Made by a program: the position numbers and the translations under genes. A stretch of DNA of 64,000 nt from a virus: IMG/VR virus record IMGVR_UViG_3300037511_000359; one strand, 5' to 3'. The notes beneath the pieces were generated by a model. The model ran no database searches and was not told the DNA's origin. It was given only the letters and a program-made list of their open reading frames with translations. Below are positions 6,767-17,000 of the stretch, piece by piece (position 1 is the stretch's first letter; every line of letters begins with the position of its first letter).

Positions 6767-9394
6767 ATGCTGATCAATCTGCGGCCGTATCAGGAAGAGG
6801 CGATCGAGAGACTGCGCGAGAACATCATGCGCGGCGTGCGAAGGATGGTGCTCGTGATGGCGACAGGTAGCGGAAAGTGCCAAAAGTTCGGCACGCCCGT
6901 CCTTCGGTACGACGGTCGCATCGTGCCTATCGAGTCCGTGCAGGTCGGCGATCTCCTCATGGGTCCGGACAGCAAGCCGCGTCGCGTGCTCTCGACGACG
7001 CGCGGCTTCGGTCCGTTGTACCAGATCACGCCGATCAAGGGTGAGCCGTGGGTCTGCAACGACGTTCATGTGCTCTCCCTGGTGCATACGCAGACGGGAG
7101 AGATCGTCGACGTCGACCTCCAGAAGTACTTGGCCAGCAGCAAGAGTTTTAAGAACCTGTACAAGCAGTTTTCGCCGGAGAAAGGCGTAGATTTCGAGCA
7201 CGGCGCGACCGAGTTCCCGATCGATCCGTACTTTCTCGGAGTTTGGTACGGAGACGGAACGAAGGGCATCAACGGCGGAAGCCACCTCCGCGAGGTGGCC
7301 GTGTCGAAGCCCGATCCTGAGATCAAGGCACTCGCGGAGGAGATCGCGCGCCAGTGGGGACTTCGCGTGCGCACGAACGACAACGGCTGCCCAACGCACC
7401 ACATCGCACGGGAAATGCTCCCAGGGGCTGCGCCACAGCCGAATCCACTGCTCGACGCGCTACGGCTGGTCTACGGCGATGGCACTCACCTGCCGTACCA
7501 GTACATCACCGCTGCGCGTCAGCACCGCCAGGCGTTTCTCGCTGGACTTCTCGACGCTGATGGTTACTTGCACAACAACTGCTTCGAGATCTGCCAGAAG
7601 GTCAGAGGGTTCGCTGACGGGATCTGCTTCCTCGCGCGCTCGCTCGGAAAGCGGGCCCTGATGGTACCCAAGATCGTCAACGGCGAGACGTACTGGCGCG
7701 TGAGCCTGAGCGGCGACTTCACCGACTTGCCGCTCAGAATTCCGCGCAAGATCCCCACGAAGCGCATGCAGGCGAAGTGTGCGACCCGCACCGGCTTCTC
7801 GGTGCAGCAGGTCGAGGACGGGTACTACGCCGGCTTCGAGCTTGACGGCGACGGGCGCTACCTGATGGGCGACTTCACCGTCACGCACAACACGGTCGTC
7901 GCGTCGTCGATCATCGTTTCATCGCTCAACCTGGGGAACCGGTCGCTGTTCGTCGCACATCGCCGCGAGCTCATCAAGCAGTGTTTCTGTAAGCTCGTCC
8001 GTAACGGCGTGCCACCGCACGAGATCGGGATCGTGATGGCTGGTATCCCGGGTTCATCGTCAGGCTCTCTGTTCTCGGCGCTTGACCCGCAACTGTCGGA
8101 CGACAACCTGTGGCGCATGTTCGCGCGCTCACGTCCGAACGCTCCCGTGCAGGTCGGCTCGATTGACTCTCTGCGCGGCCGCGCCAAACCGAAGGCGGAT
8201 CTTGTAATAGCGGACGAAGCGCACAGGAGTTTATCCAAGGGCTGGCTGACGCTGTTCGAGAACTACAGCGATGCCGTAGTACTGGGTCTGACTGCGACGC
8301 CGTTTCGCGCCGACGGGCGCGGACTTGGCGAGTTCTACGGGCATCTCGAAGTCATCGCGACGCCGTCGATGCTCATGCGCGAAGGGCACCTTGTTGAGCC
8401 CATTATCTGGACGGTTCCAGCCGACCGACTGCCAGACCTGTCGAAGGTGAAGGTACGCGACGGGGACTACGACGAGGAGCAACTCGCGGAGGCGATGGAT
8501 CAGACAGCGCTCATCGGCGACATCGTCGATCACTGGGAGCGCCGCTCCGGCGGGATCCGTACGGTCATCTTCGCGGCCGGCGTCGAGCACAGCAAACACA
8601 TCGTGTCCCGCTTCGTGCAACGCGGGGTCCGCGCGGAGCACCTCGATGGCATGACGCCGACAGATCAGCGCGAGGCAATCTTGCGCCGCATCGACACCGG
8701 CGAAACAACGGTGTGTGTAAATGTAGGCGTGCTTACCGACGGCTGGGATCAGCCTTCGGTCAAGTGCGTTGTGCTCGCGCGCCCGACGCAGTCCGAGGGT
8801 CTGCATTTGCAGATGTCGGGTCGTTGCCTCCGTCCGTTCAACAACCAAGACGCCATCATCCTCGATCACGCTGGCAACATGCGTGTTCACGGTCGCCCGC
8901 AAGACGACCGCGAATTCTCGCTCGAAGGCCGCAAAAAGCGCTCTTCGTCGACCTCCGCCCCCTCCTGCAAAACCTGCGAGTGCCTCGCCGTCATCCCGAG
9001 CGCCGCGCGCATCTGCCCGATGTGCGGGCACCAGTTCAGCGCCGCGTCGACGGAGCGCGGCGCGCCTGAGGAAGTCGCCGGCGAGCTCGTCGAGATCCCG
9101 CGTTCGATCGCTGCCGGCCCCGACCTGCGCGAGCAGTGGAACGCGCTGGTCGAGCGCTGGCACAAGGCGAACCGATCGCGCGCCGTGCCGATGAAGCCAG
9201 GCTGGGTCGCGATGGAGTTTCGTCAGCGCACCGGCGCGACGCGGATCCCCGAAGGCTGCGCGCTGCCGACGCTGACCGAAGAGCAGGAGGCGAAGCTCGC
9301 GCGGTTCGGCGAGCTGAACCGGTACGCGCACGCGAACGGATGGTCGAAGGGCCGCTTGCACGCGGTGTTCAACGCGCAGGAGAAGAGCCAGTGA
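6767..9394 (+). CDS. superfamily 2 (DEAD/DEAH-like) helicase with intein and C-terminal Zn ribbon
   Basis: LRPYQ, ATGSGK|T, IADEAH, GLTATP, HLDG, QMSGRCLR, ILDHAGN motifs; C-terminal CxxC...CPMCG. Confidence 0.92.
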   Translation: MLINLRPYQEEAIERLRENIMRGVRRMVLVMATGSGKCQKFGTPVLRYDGRIVPIESVQVGDLLMGPDSKPRRVLSTTRGFGPLYQITPIKGEPWVCNDVHVLSLVHTQTGEIVDVDLQKYLASSKSFKNLYKQFSPEKGVDFEHGATEFPIDPYFLGVWYGDGTKGINGGSHLREVAVSKPDPEIKALAEEIARQWGLRVRTNDNGCPTHHIAREMLPGAAPQPNPLLDALRLVYGDGTHLPYQYITAARQHRQAFLAGLLDADGYLHNNCFEICQKVRGFADGICFLARSLGKRALMVPKIVNGETYWRVSLSGDFTDLPLRIPRKIPTKRMQAKCATRTGFSVQQVEDGYYAGFELDGDGRYLMGDFTVTHNTVVASSIIVSSLNLGNRSLFVAHRRELIKQCFCKLVRNGVPPHEIGIVMAGIPGSSSGSLFSALDPQLSDDNLWRMFARSRPNAPVQVGSIDSLRGRAKPKADLVIADEAHRSLSKGWLTLFENYSDAVVLGLTATPFRADGRGLGEFYGHLEVIATPSMLMREGHLVEPIIWTVPADRLPDLSKVKVRDGDYDEEQLAEAMDQTALIGDIVDHWERRSGGIRTVIFAAGVEHSKHIVSRFVQRGVRAEHLDGMTPTDQREAILRRIDTGETTVCVNVGVLTDGWDQPSVKCVVLARPTQSEGLHLQMSGRCLRPFNNQDAIILDHAGNMRVHGRPQDDREFSLEGRKKRSSSTSAPSCKTCECLAVIPSAARICPMCGHQFSAASTERGAPEEVAGELVEIPRSIAAGPDLREQWNALVERWHKANRSRAVPMKPGWVAMEFRQRTGATRIPEGCALPTLTEEQEAKLARFGELNRYAHANGWSKGRLHAVFNAQEKSQ
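6878..7891 (+). mobile_element. intein with LAGLIDADG homing endonuclease (338 aa) inserted in helicase Walker A
   Basis: Starts with Cys (GSGK|CQKFGTPV), ends THN followed by Thr; internal YFLGVWYGDG and FLAGLLDADG blocks. Removal restores GSGKT. Confidence 0.93.
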
Positions 9395-10230
9395 GCCGCA
9401 GGCGCGCCGCCGCCGCTGACACGTCGTTCGGCCTCGGCCTGACGCCGGTCCGCGTCGCTTCGCCCGCGGTGCGCCCGATGCCCGCGCCGACGCCGCTCGT
9501 CGCCTCCGCGCCCCTCCCGCCGCCCAAGCCGCGCCCGCGCCCCGCGCCGGTCCGCATCGCGCCGCAGCCAGTGCAGCCCGAGGCGCCCGTCGTCTCGCTG
9601 CCTGCTACGCCGTGGGGCCGCATCGCCGCGGAGTGCCCGGACCACCGCAGCGTCGACGCGCATGAGCTCCCCGCGGACCGCTGGACGTGCGCGTGCGGGT
9701 GGATCGGATCTGCGCTGCGTGGGCACCGATGCGGGGGCGTGACCGTGCTGGATCGGCTCGCATGGGTCCACGTCACCACGCACGACGGCGGGCCCGTGCA
9801 GTGCGTTCCTGGCACGCTGGCGCGGGTGCTGCGCTGGACGACGGTCGAGCCGGGGCGCGCGGGCGTGGAGCGGCACGTTCACGAGACGCCGCTCGCGTGC
9901 CCGCGGTTCGAGCCCGTCGACGGACGGGGCGCTGTGACGGCGGCGTACAGCGCCGCGGAGGCGTCCGGGCGGCGCGCGTGTGCCGATGCGCCGACGGTTA
10001 CGGAGCGGCGCGCGTGCGGGTGCTCGCCGGCGGGGCTGTGCGTCGTGGCGCGGGCACTGGTCGAGCGGATCGACGAGCGGCGCAGGCTGCGCGACGCGGG
10101 CGCGGATGCGCCGCGCGCGGTGTGGCGGCACGCGCACGGGCTGACGGAGACGGTGCTGCGAGCGCACCTGCGCGGGGTCGCGCTGACGTGCGTGCGCGGG
10201 ATGTGGCGGGCGGTGGGGATTCGAGGGTGA
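9391..10230 (+). CDS. hypothetical protein (Pro-rich N-terminus, Cys motifs)
   Basis: GTGA overlap with the helicase stop. Confidence 0.55.
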   Translation: MSRRRAAAADTSFGLGLTPVRVASPAVRPMPAPTPLVASAPLPPPKPRPRPAPVRIAPQPVQPEAPVVSLPATPWGRIAAECPDHRSVDAHELPADRWTCACGWIGSALRGHRCGGVTVLDRLAWVHVTTHDGGPVQCVPGTLARVLRWTTVEPGRAGVERHVHETPLACPRFEPVDGRGAVTAAYSAAEASGRRACADAPTVTERRACGCSPAGLCVVARALVERIDERRRLRDAGADAPRAVWRHAHGLTETVLRAHLRGVALTCVRGMWRAVGIRG

Positions 10231-10241
10231 GGAGGCGGAGT

Positions 10242-10478
10242 ATGGCGGAGAATAAGCGAAATCTGGTCGTTCGTTGGCGGCACGATGGCGAGTACTTCGC
10301 TGGCGCTGTAGACGAGTGGGAGGCGAATTGGCAGCCAGCGCAGAAAAGCGCGATGCGGTTTGGTTCTGTCGCAGAGTTTCGCGAATACATTGAACTTTGG
10401 TTCAAAACACCTGTTGAAGATATCTGGCCGCTGTCAGATCTGCGCTTCGTCCGCCTCGTTCCACGGAGGCAGCCGTGA
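10242..10478 (+). CDS. hypothetical protein
   Basis: GGAGG RBS; MAENKRNLVVRW... Confidence 0.6.
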   Translation: MAENKRNLVVRWRHDGEYFAGAVDEWEANWQPAQKSAMRFGSVAEFREYIELWFKTPVEDIWPLSDLRFVRLVPRRQP

Positions 10479-10669
10479 CGCTCAAATGCGGCTGCCGCCC
10501 CGCGGCGCACTTCTGCGCGGACGCTGACGACCTGCAGTTTCGTCTGCAGATGGCGATGGCTAGCCGCGTGCTCGTGTCCGCGCCGGAGCACGTGCGGAAG
10601 GCGCTCGCGGAAATCGGCGAGGCGGAGCGCGCGCTGCGCGACCACCTGCGCGGCGAGGAGGCGGCGTGA
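10475..10669 (+). CDS. hypothetical protein
   Basis: GTGA coupling at both ends. Confidence 0.6.
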   Translation: MTLKCGCRPAAHFCADADDLQFRLQMAMASRVLVSAPEHVRKALAEIGEAERALRDHLRGEEAA

Positions 10670-11121
10670 GCGGGTACGACGGCACAGAGAACGAATTTCG
10701 CCGCCACCTGATCGCGCGGATCGGTGCGCGCCCTGGGTTCCGCGTGTGGATCCAGAACAACGGCATGATTCCGGTCAAGAACGAGCGCGGGCAGACCGTG
10801 AGCTACTTCGACGCCGGCGTGCCCAACGGCGCGTCAGACATCTCCGGGATCGTCGCGCCGGAAGGCTGGCGCATCGAGTTCGAGTTAAAGGGTCACCGCA
10901 CGAAGCACAGTGACGCGCAGAAGAACTGGTCGAAGCAGATGAAGAAGCTCGGCGCCGTCGTCGCGTTCTACCGCATCGACAAGCGGCGCTCGCTGGAGGA
11001 GAACCTCGACCGCGCGGCGTACGTGCTCGACGAGGCGATCGAGGTGCGCCGACGCGGCGGACTCGTGTCGCGCGACTGTCCCTGCGACGGGTGCCGCATC
11101 CCGCGACAGGTACCGGCTTGA
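10666..11121 (+). CDS. VRR-NUC-type PD-(D/E)XK nuclease
   Basis: GVPNGASDISG...IEFELKG....SDAQKNW pattern. Confidence 0.85.
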   Translation: MSGYDGTENEFRRHLIARIGARPGFRVWIQNNGMIPVKNERGQTVSYFDAGVPNGASDISGIVAPEGWRIEFELKGHRTKHSDAQKNWSKQMKKLGAVVAFYRIDKRRSLEENLDRAAYVLDEAIEVRRRGGLVSRDCPCDGCRIPRQVPA

Positions 11122-11303
11122 CCCGCCGCGCGCCGATGCTGTGGCTCGCCGTAGCGCTCGCGCTGATGTGGACGGCGCTCGTGCTGGAGCAGCCATGGTC
11201 GCGCGGAGCGACGCTGTGCGCGGTCGGCGCGCTGGTCGTGTCGATGGAGCGTGAACTGACGAGGCGCGAGAGGATGACGAGGAAGCTGAGGAGGGATCGA
11301 TGA
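11118..11303 (+). CDS. small membrane protein
   Basis: Two hydrophobic segments; TTG start overlapping the previous stop. Confidence 0.5.
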   Translation: MTRRAPMLWLAVALALMWTALVLEQPWSRGATLCAVGALVVSMERELTRRERMTRKLRRDR

Positions 11304-11551
11304 TGAAGGGTATCGACGGCGACAAGTTGCAGGCGCTGAAACGAGCGCTCGCCGACTTCAACAGGTTCGGGCTGGATCATTCCGAGGACTGTCCGCACCG
11401 CACCTACTGCGATGCACCGTGTCCCGGCGGCGACAACTGCGACGAAACCGAGGGTATGTCCCCGTGCGACCCGTACGAGTGCTGGGCTGCCGCAGCGGTG
11501 AACCTGTACGACTCGGCGAGCGAACTTCTGACAGCAATCGAGGCTGCGTGA
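11300..11551 (+). CDS. Cys-rich hypothetical protein
   Basis: ATGA coupling; HSEDC...C...C...C pattern. Confidence 0.6.
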   Translation: MMKGIDGDKLQALKRALADFNRFGLDHSEDCPHRTYCDAPCPGGDNCDETEGMSPCDPYECWAAAAVNLYDSASELLTAIEAA

Positions 11552-12198
11552 TGAGAGCAGTACCCAACAGCCAAGACATCCGAACCACCGACGAAATCGT
11601 CGCGGACGTCTGCGCCGCGCTGAACGTCGATCGCGTCGATATCCGCCGATCGGCGCGCATCGTCGAGTGCGACGTGTGCCAGTCCGAGTTCCTCGACGGT
11701 CGCTGCCCGAACGCGTGCGCGGACGTCGGCGATGACTCGCAACCGACGAAGCAGATCGTGCGCACCGCGCCGTTCGCGTACTACGGCAACGATCGTCTCG
11801 ACGTATCCCCGGGGTCGGCGGACCCGATCGGCGGGTGGTTCGCACCGTCGCGGGAGATCGCGGAGTCGATGCAGTGTGCGCTGCGTACAGGAGTTCCGCG
11901 CCTCGCCCAGAACGTGTGGACCTGTTTCGAGGGTGACTACATCGCCGAGATGCGCGTGCGGTTCGGCGTGCTGCCGACGTCGGAGCACTGGAGCTCGTTC
12001 AGCGATGCTGAGCGGCGCGAGATCCACGCCGCCCTCGCCCGCGGCGTCGAGCCTACGCCATCCGCGTGGGCCGCGCTGCTCGCGATGTGCGAGGTGACGC
12101 TCGTCTGCACCTGCGCGGATGCGTCACGCTGTCACCGCGTGCTGCTGGCGCGGATCCTGGAGAAGCTCGGCGCGACGTACGCGGGAGAGGTGCGCTGA
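11551..12198 (+). CDS. DUF488/YeaO-like protein with N-terminal Zn ribbon
   Basis: FAPSREI...W..F..DYIAEM and VTLVCTC...CHRVLLA motifs; CDVC...CPNAC at the N-terminus. Confidence 0.6.
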   Translation: MRAVPNSQDIRTTDEIVADVCAALNVDRVDIRRSARIVECDVCQSEFLDGRCPNACADVGDDSQPTKQIVRTAPFAYYGNDRLDVSPGSADPIGGWFAPSREIAESMQCALRTGVPRLAQNVWTCFEGDYIAEMRVRFGVLPTSEHWSSFSDAERREIHAALARGVEPTPSAWAALLAMCEVTLVCTCADASRCHRVLLARILEKLGATYAGEVR

Positions 12199-12509
12199 TG
12201 TTCGTCGAATTGCAGCGTGAGATTCTGGAACTGTTCGTTGAGATCCAGGCCGACGTCGCGAACCAGCGCCATGAACTGTACAGTTCGCGTCTCGAGTTCG
12301 CGCGCACTGCTTACATGCGTGTGCAGCGCGCTGGCGCGAAGCGCAGGAACGCGGAACTGCGCACGGCGCGCCTCGCACGGCCGAAATGGGAGCCGCCGAA
12401 GCCTGCGGTGCGTACGACGGCGTGCATGTCGTGCGGTGCGCCGATCGAGTGGCGGCAGGGATGCAAAACGCCGGTGCCGCATCGCTGTCGTCGGCGTGAG
12501 GCTGCGTAG
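12198..12509 (+). CDS. hypothetical protein with C-terminal Zn ribbon
   Basis: CMSCGAPIEW...HRC. Confidence 0.6.
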   Translation: MFVELQREILELFVEIQADVANQRHELYSSRLEFARTAYMRVQRAGAKRRNAELRTARLARPKWEPPKPAVRTTACMSCGAPIEWRQGCKTPVPHRCRRREAA

Positions 12510-12523
12510 CTAGGAGACAAGTA

Positions 12524-12763
12524 ATGCTGTTTCGCGTGGCAATGTACAGGTGGGTGCGACGGATTGCGCGGGCTGTGCTGCCGGCACCCCGCCCAAAGTT
12601 CTCTCGCGAGGCGATGAACCTCGCGATCCGGTACGCAACGACGCCGCTGATCGCGCAGCGGCTCGTCGACGCGCTGGGCGTGGAGCAGGCGGAGGCGTCG
12701 TTGCTCATCGGGCGCACGTTCAATATCGACCCGAAACGGGTCGCGGAGCAGATGAAGTCTTAG
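12524..12763 (+). CDS. hypothetical protein
   Basis: GGAG RBS, 79 aa. Confidence 0.55.
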   Translation: MLFRVAMYRWVRRIARAVLPAPRPKFSREAMNLAIRYATTPLIAQRLVDALGVEQAEASLLIGRTFNIDPKRVAEQMKS

Positions 12764-12794
12764 TTTCTGACACGGTCACGAAGGAGGCACATCG

Positions 12795-13523
12795 ATGATT
12801 CTCAACGACACACAGGTCAAACGCATCGCAGATCTCGGGCGCACGCTGCCGGATTCCCTGCTCGCGCCGCTCGTGCTGGAAATCGTACTCGGTTGCGGGC
12901 TGCCGGTGGCGACGCATGCGGTGGTGGAGGAACCGCAGACGGCTGCGCCCGAGCCGCGTGCGACGTTCGAGAGGTCCGAGCAAGTCAGCGCAGCCATGCG
13001 CCAGGCTGCAGTGGTTCACCATCTGAAGGCGAATCCGGGCGATCGCATCGTCGACATCCAGCGCGCGCTGGGGTGCCACCGCGACATCGTACGCAAGGCG
13101 ATCGAGAAACTGACGCAGGACGGCACCGTGGAGCGCCGCAACGTGAACGGCCGGTGGCGGTATTACCTCCTCGCCGCCATCGCGCCCGCGCTGCAGCCCG
13201 AAGTTCTGCTTACCGAGCAGCGCATCGACGGCGAGAACAAGCAGCGGCTCGTCCGTGTGGAGCGCCGCAAGGGTGTCGCGAAACCGGTGCAGCCCGCGAA
13301 TGCGAAGCAGCGCGCGATCGCACTCGTCGAGTACGTGCGCACGCATCCCGGCGCTGCGTTCGGAGACTTCATGCGCGAATTCGGCTGGGGCATGGGGCAC
13401 CTGCAGTACGCCCTGAAGCTCGCGAAGGAGTCCGGCGAGCTGCTGATGGAGGGTGATCGTGCCAGCGCGGTGTACTACGTGCGCGGGTATGTGAACGGCG
13501 CTGCGCAGGCGGTGACGGCGTGA
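12795..13523 (+). CDS. winged-helix DNA-binding protein (two wHTH-like repeats)
   Basis: VVHHLKANPG..IVDIQRALG...VRKAIEKL...G.V and VEYVRTHPG...LQYALKLAKESGEL. Confidence 0.6.
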   Translation: MILNDTQVKRIADLGRTLPDSLLAPLVLEIVLGCGLPVATHAVVEEPQTAAPEPRATFERSEQVSAAMRQAAVVHHLKANPGDRIVDIQRALGCHRDIVRKAIEKLTQDGTVERRNVNGRWRYYLLAAIAPALQPEVLLTEQRIDGENKQRLVRVERRKGVAKPVQPANAKQRAIALVEYVRTHPGAAFGDFMREFGWGMGHLQYALKLAKESGELLMEGDRASAVYYVRGYVNGAAQAVTA

Positions 13524-14044
13524 GCGACATCGACTTGGGCGGCGCCGTCGCGTCCGGTGCACGAATCAGCGCGTGTCAGCAGTATCGGTACTGGCTCATG
13601 CGGCGGTGGGCCGACGGTCCGCGCGTCGTCTACGTGATGCTGAACCCTAGCACGGCGGACGCGCACGCGGACGACCCGACCATCCGGCGCTGCATCGGGT
13701 TCGCGAAGTCGCTCGGGCACGGCGGGCTGGAGGTCGTGAACCTGTACGCGTATCGGTCGACGAGCCCCGACGCGATGTTCGACGTGTACAGGCGCGGCGT
13801 CGACATCGTCGGTTCGGAGTGTGACACGGAAATCCTGCGCGTCGTGCAGAGCGCTGGGCTCGTCGTGGCTGCGTGGGGTGCAGAGGCTCGTGCTGAGCGA
13901 CGCGCGAACTACGTACTCGACCTCGTGTCGAAGTTCGCCGATGTGCATTGCCTGGCGCGCTCGGGTAAGGGTGCACCGCGGCATCCGCTGTACCTGCCGG
14001 CGGCGTCGAGGCCTGAGATTTATCGCGCTCGCGTCGCTGCTTAA
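13520..14044 (+). CDS. DUF1643-family protein
   Basis: YRYWLMRRW, YVMLNPSTAD, DDPTIRRC, VVNLYAYRST, VVAAWG, PRHPLY. Confidence 0.85.
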   Translation: MSDIDLGGAVASGARISACQQYRYWLMRRWADGPRVVYVMLNPSTADAHADDPTIRRCIGFAKSLGHGGLEVVNLYAYRSTSPDAMFDVYRRGVDIVGSECDTEILRVVQSAGLVVAAWGAEARAERRANYVLDLVSKFADVHCLARSGKGAPRHPLYLPAASRPEIYRARVAA

Positions 14045-14050
14045 CCCCAC

Positions 14051-17000
14051 GTGCAGCCCCTCGTCGCCTTCGCTGAGCACAAAAAACACCGCGCGGTGAA
14101 GGCGCCGGGGACGCTCGATGCCACGTTCGACTGGCGGGAACCGCTGAACTCGCCCGACAACACCGCTGGCATCCAGGACCACTATACCGTCGCGCCGCTC
14201 GCGGAGGTTCTGCAGCGCGTCTACACCACGGAAGCGCACTGCGTAGCCTACGTGCTGTTCCGCGACGGTGTACCGCTGGAACATCAGCCGCGGCTCGCGA
14301 AATCGGGACGCGAGTGGGTGATCGAGCAGGGCTACGAACTCCGCGTCAACACGCTGATCATCGACGTCGACAACCCGGACCATGCGGACAACACGGACCT
14401 CACGATCCAAACGTGGGTCAGTCGCATCCGGAGCACGCTACCGGATTACGGGTTCTACGTCACCCCGCGCGGCATGCGTCTCATCGCGCTACTCGACGAG
14501 TGGGTCGACGCGGACCGCGCTGAGGAGATCCTCGAGACGATCTTCCGGCACATCGAGGCGGTCGGCATCCAGTCGGCGGAGAAGTCCGCACAGTGCCGCG
14601 ATTGGACGCGGCACTTCAAGCTGCCGCATCATCGATCCGAGAAACACCGCACGCAGTACATCTCCCCGGTGGTTGATCTGTCGACGCTGCGTCCGCAGCA
14701 CATCGAGCCGACGCCGCTCGCGCGCAGACGCGCCGAGCGAGCGGGCAGCCGCCGCGGCGTCGGCTCGTTCGTGTCGGCGCCGCCCGCTGCGTGGTCGTCG
14801 CGGATCGAGAAACTCGCAGGGCTCCTGCGTGGACAGTATGACGGCAACAGAAACTTCCTGTCGCTCGCGATCGCTGGCGCGCTGCTGAGCTTTCAGGTCG
14901 TGCCGGAGCAGGTGCCGGCGATCGTTGGTGCCGTCGTCACCCGCGCCGGGTGGAATGACCCACGCCTGCACCAGAACAACGCGATCCTGACCGTCGGTAA
15001 GTGGCAGGACCGACAGCGCGTGCGGGGCATCGAGTTTCTTCGTCATCACGCAGCGCCCGTAGCCGACGCGCTCGAAGCCATCGGCAGCGCGACGGCCGAG
15101 GAGCGCGCCCGTGCGCTGAACGACCTGCCGCCCCCGGCGACGTTGCCGGTCGACGTCGCGGTCGCGCAGATGCAGGCGGAGATGCGAAACGCCTACGGGC
15201 TCGTCGTGCTGCGCGCGCAGTGCGGGCTGGGCAAGTCGCACGCGGCGCGCGCGATCGCCGAGGAACGGGCGCGTGGCGTTCGCGAGGGCGCGAAGCGCGT
15301 TCGGAGCGTTCACAACACGGGGTTCAGCGTGCCGAACCACAAGCTCGCCGTGCAGCACGCGGAGCGCCTGCGCGCGGACGGCGTGTCCGTGCGCCGCGTG
15401 TTCGGGGTGCTCAGCGTCCTGCGCGAGGACGGGACGCCGGAGTGCGCGTACGCGAAGCAGGCGCAGCACATGCGCGGCGGGCAGTCAATACCCAAGGTTT
15501 TCTGCAACGGAAACGGGCGGTTGCCGTGCGAGCACCGCGAGACCTGCAGTGCGTACGGAGGCGCAGAGGGCCCGGAGGATGCGCGTGTCACGGTTGGACC
15601 GCATGCGCTGCTGAGTCAGATCGAGGCGGAGATCGGCGAGAACGGGCTGCTCATCATCGACGAGCCGCCGGACCTGCTCGAGACCGAGGAGTTCACCGTC
15701 GCGGACCTCGAACTCGCGATACAGTGCAAGGGCTACTTCACGCGGCGGTACGCGGGCGCGATGGCGCCGATCCTGGATGTCGTGCACCAGTGGGTCGCGA
15801 ACACGACGCTGCTTGGTGGCATCGAGAAAAACTTCACGACGGCGCTAAAACTGCAGCCCGACGGCGACGCCTGGAACGAAGCGGTGAGCGCGGTCGGCAC
15901 GGGCGATCCGCTTGAAGCCGCGCAGTTGGCGTTTTCGGAAGACCACAAGCCGCGCCTCGGGTTCGCGCCACCGATCGAGCAGCGCCACATCCTGCAGGTG
16001 CGCACATGCCAGAAAACGGCGAAGCTCGTCGGCGACGCATCGCGCGTGCTCTGGATGCTCTGGAACTCGTGTCGCGAGGGCGTCGTGCTGTCAACGCGCG
16101 TGGAGGAGTACCCCGACAAGCGCACGAAGTCGGGCACGCGTCGCGTGTTGCTCGTGACGGGGATGCGCACGGAACTCGCGGATGCGCTGACGTCGCCGAC
16201 GCATCCGACGGTCGTGCTCGATGCGAACGCCGACCTTCAGGTGCCGATCTATCAGCGCGTCGTGACCGCGAAGGAGCGCGGCGGCGTCCCGAAGGAGATC
16301 GACTCGCTCGCTCTGCGGTTCCGGTACCGTGAGTTCTACGCGTGCGACGGTGCGCCCGTCGAGCGCACGATGATGATGTGGGGCGCATCGAGGAAAGCCT
16401 GGCTCGTCGATGGGCAGCTCACCGACGCGTTCGTGAACGCGGTGGATCGTGCGGTGCGCTGGGCGTGCGAGCGACCGGAGCAGGCGGAGCGCGTGTGCAT
16501 GGTCAGCTTCCCGGCCGTCGAGGTCGCGCTGAGCGGCGCGCTGGGGCACCCAGGCGCCGCGGAGGCGTGGATCGCGCGCGGGCAGGAGGCGTCGGCTCTC
16601 GGCCCGCTGGTCGAGCGGTTAAAACCAATCCTAGCGCGGCTGCCGGGCACACTGGAACTCGCGCACTACGGCGACCTTCGCGGACTAGATCAGTGGAAAG
16701 ACGCCGACGCATTGGTTACTCTAGGAGACCCTGTGCAGAACCTCGGCGCGGTCCGTCACGACGCGACGTTCATCGGGCTCCCTGACCCCGACGAGCGCGT
16801 TCACGGACTCACGCGCGCCGAGCTTGAGCAGGCGCACGGTCGGCTGCGCACGGTGCATCGGACGAAGCCGGCGCGGTCGCTGCACATCGGACGCGTGCTG
16901 CCGGGTGGGTGGCATGGAGCGCGGATACTCGGGCGTTCGCGCGCGGAGGACTGGGCGCGCGGTGGTGAGCTGGGCAAGGCGTTCGGGCACCTTGGCGCTG

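Noticed and set aside
6122-7402. Long minus-strand ORFs (also 57308-58462, 61142-62827, 18084-19238, 48486-49463)
   Set aside because: Antisense shadows of real genes expected in very GC-rich DNA; Arg/Ala-rich, with no motifs or RBS.
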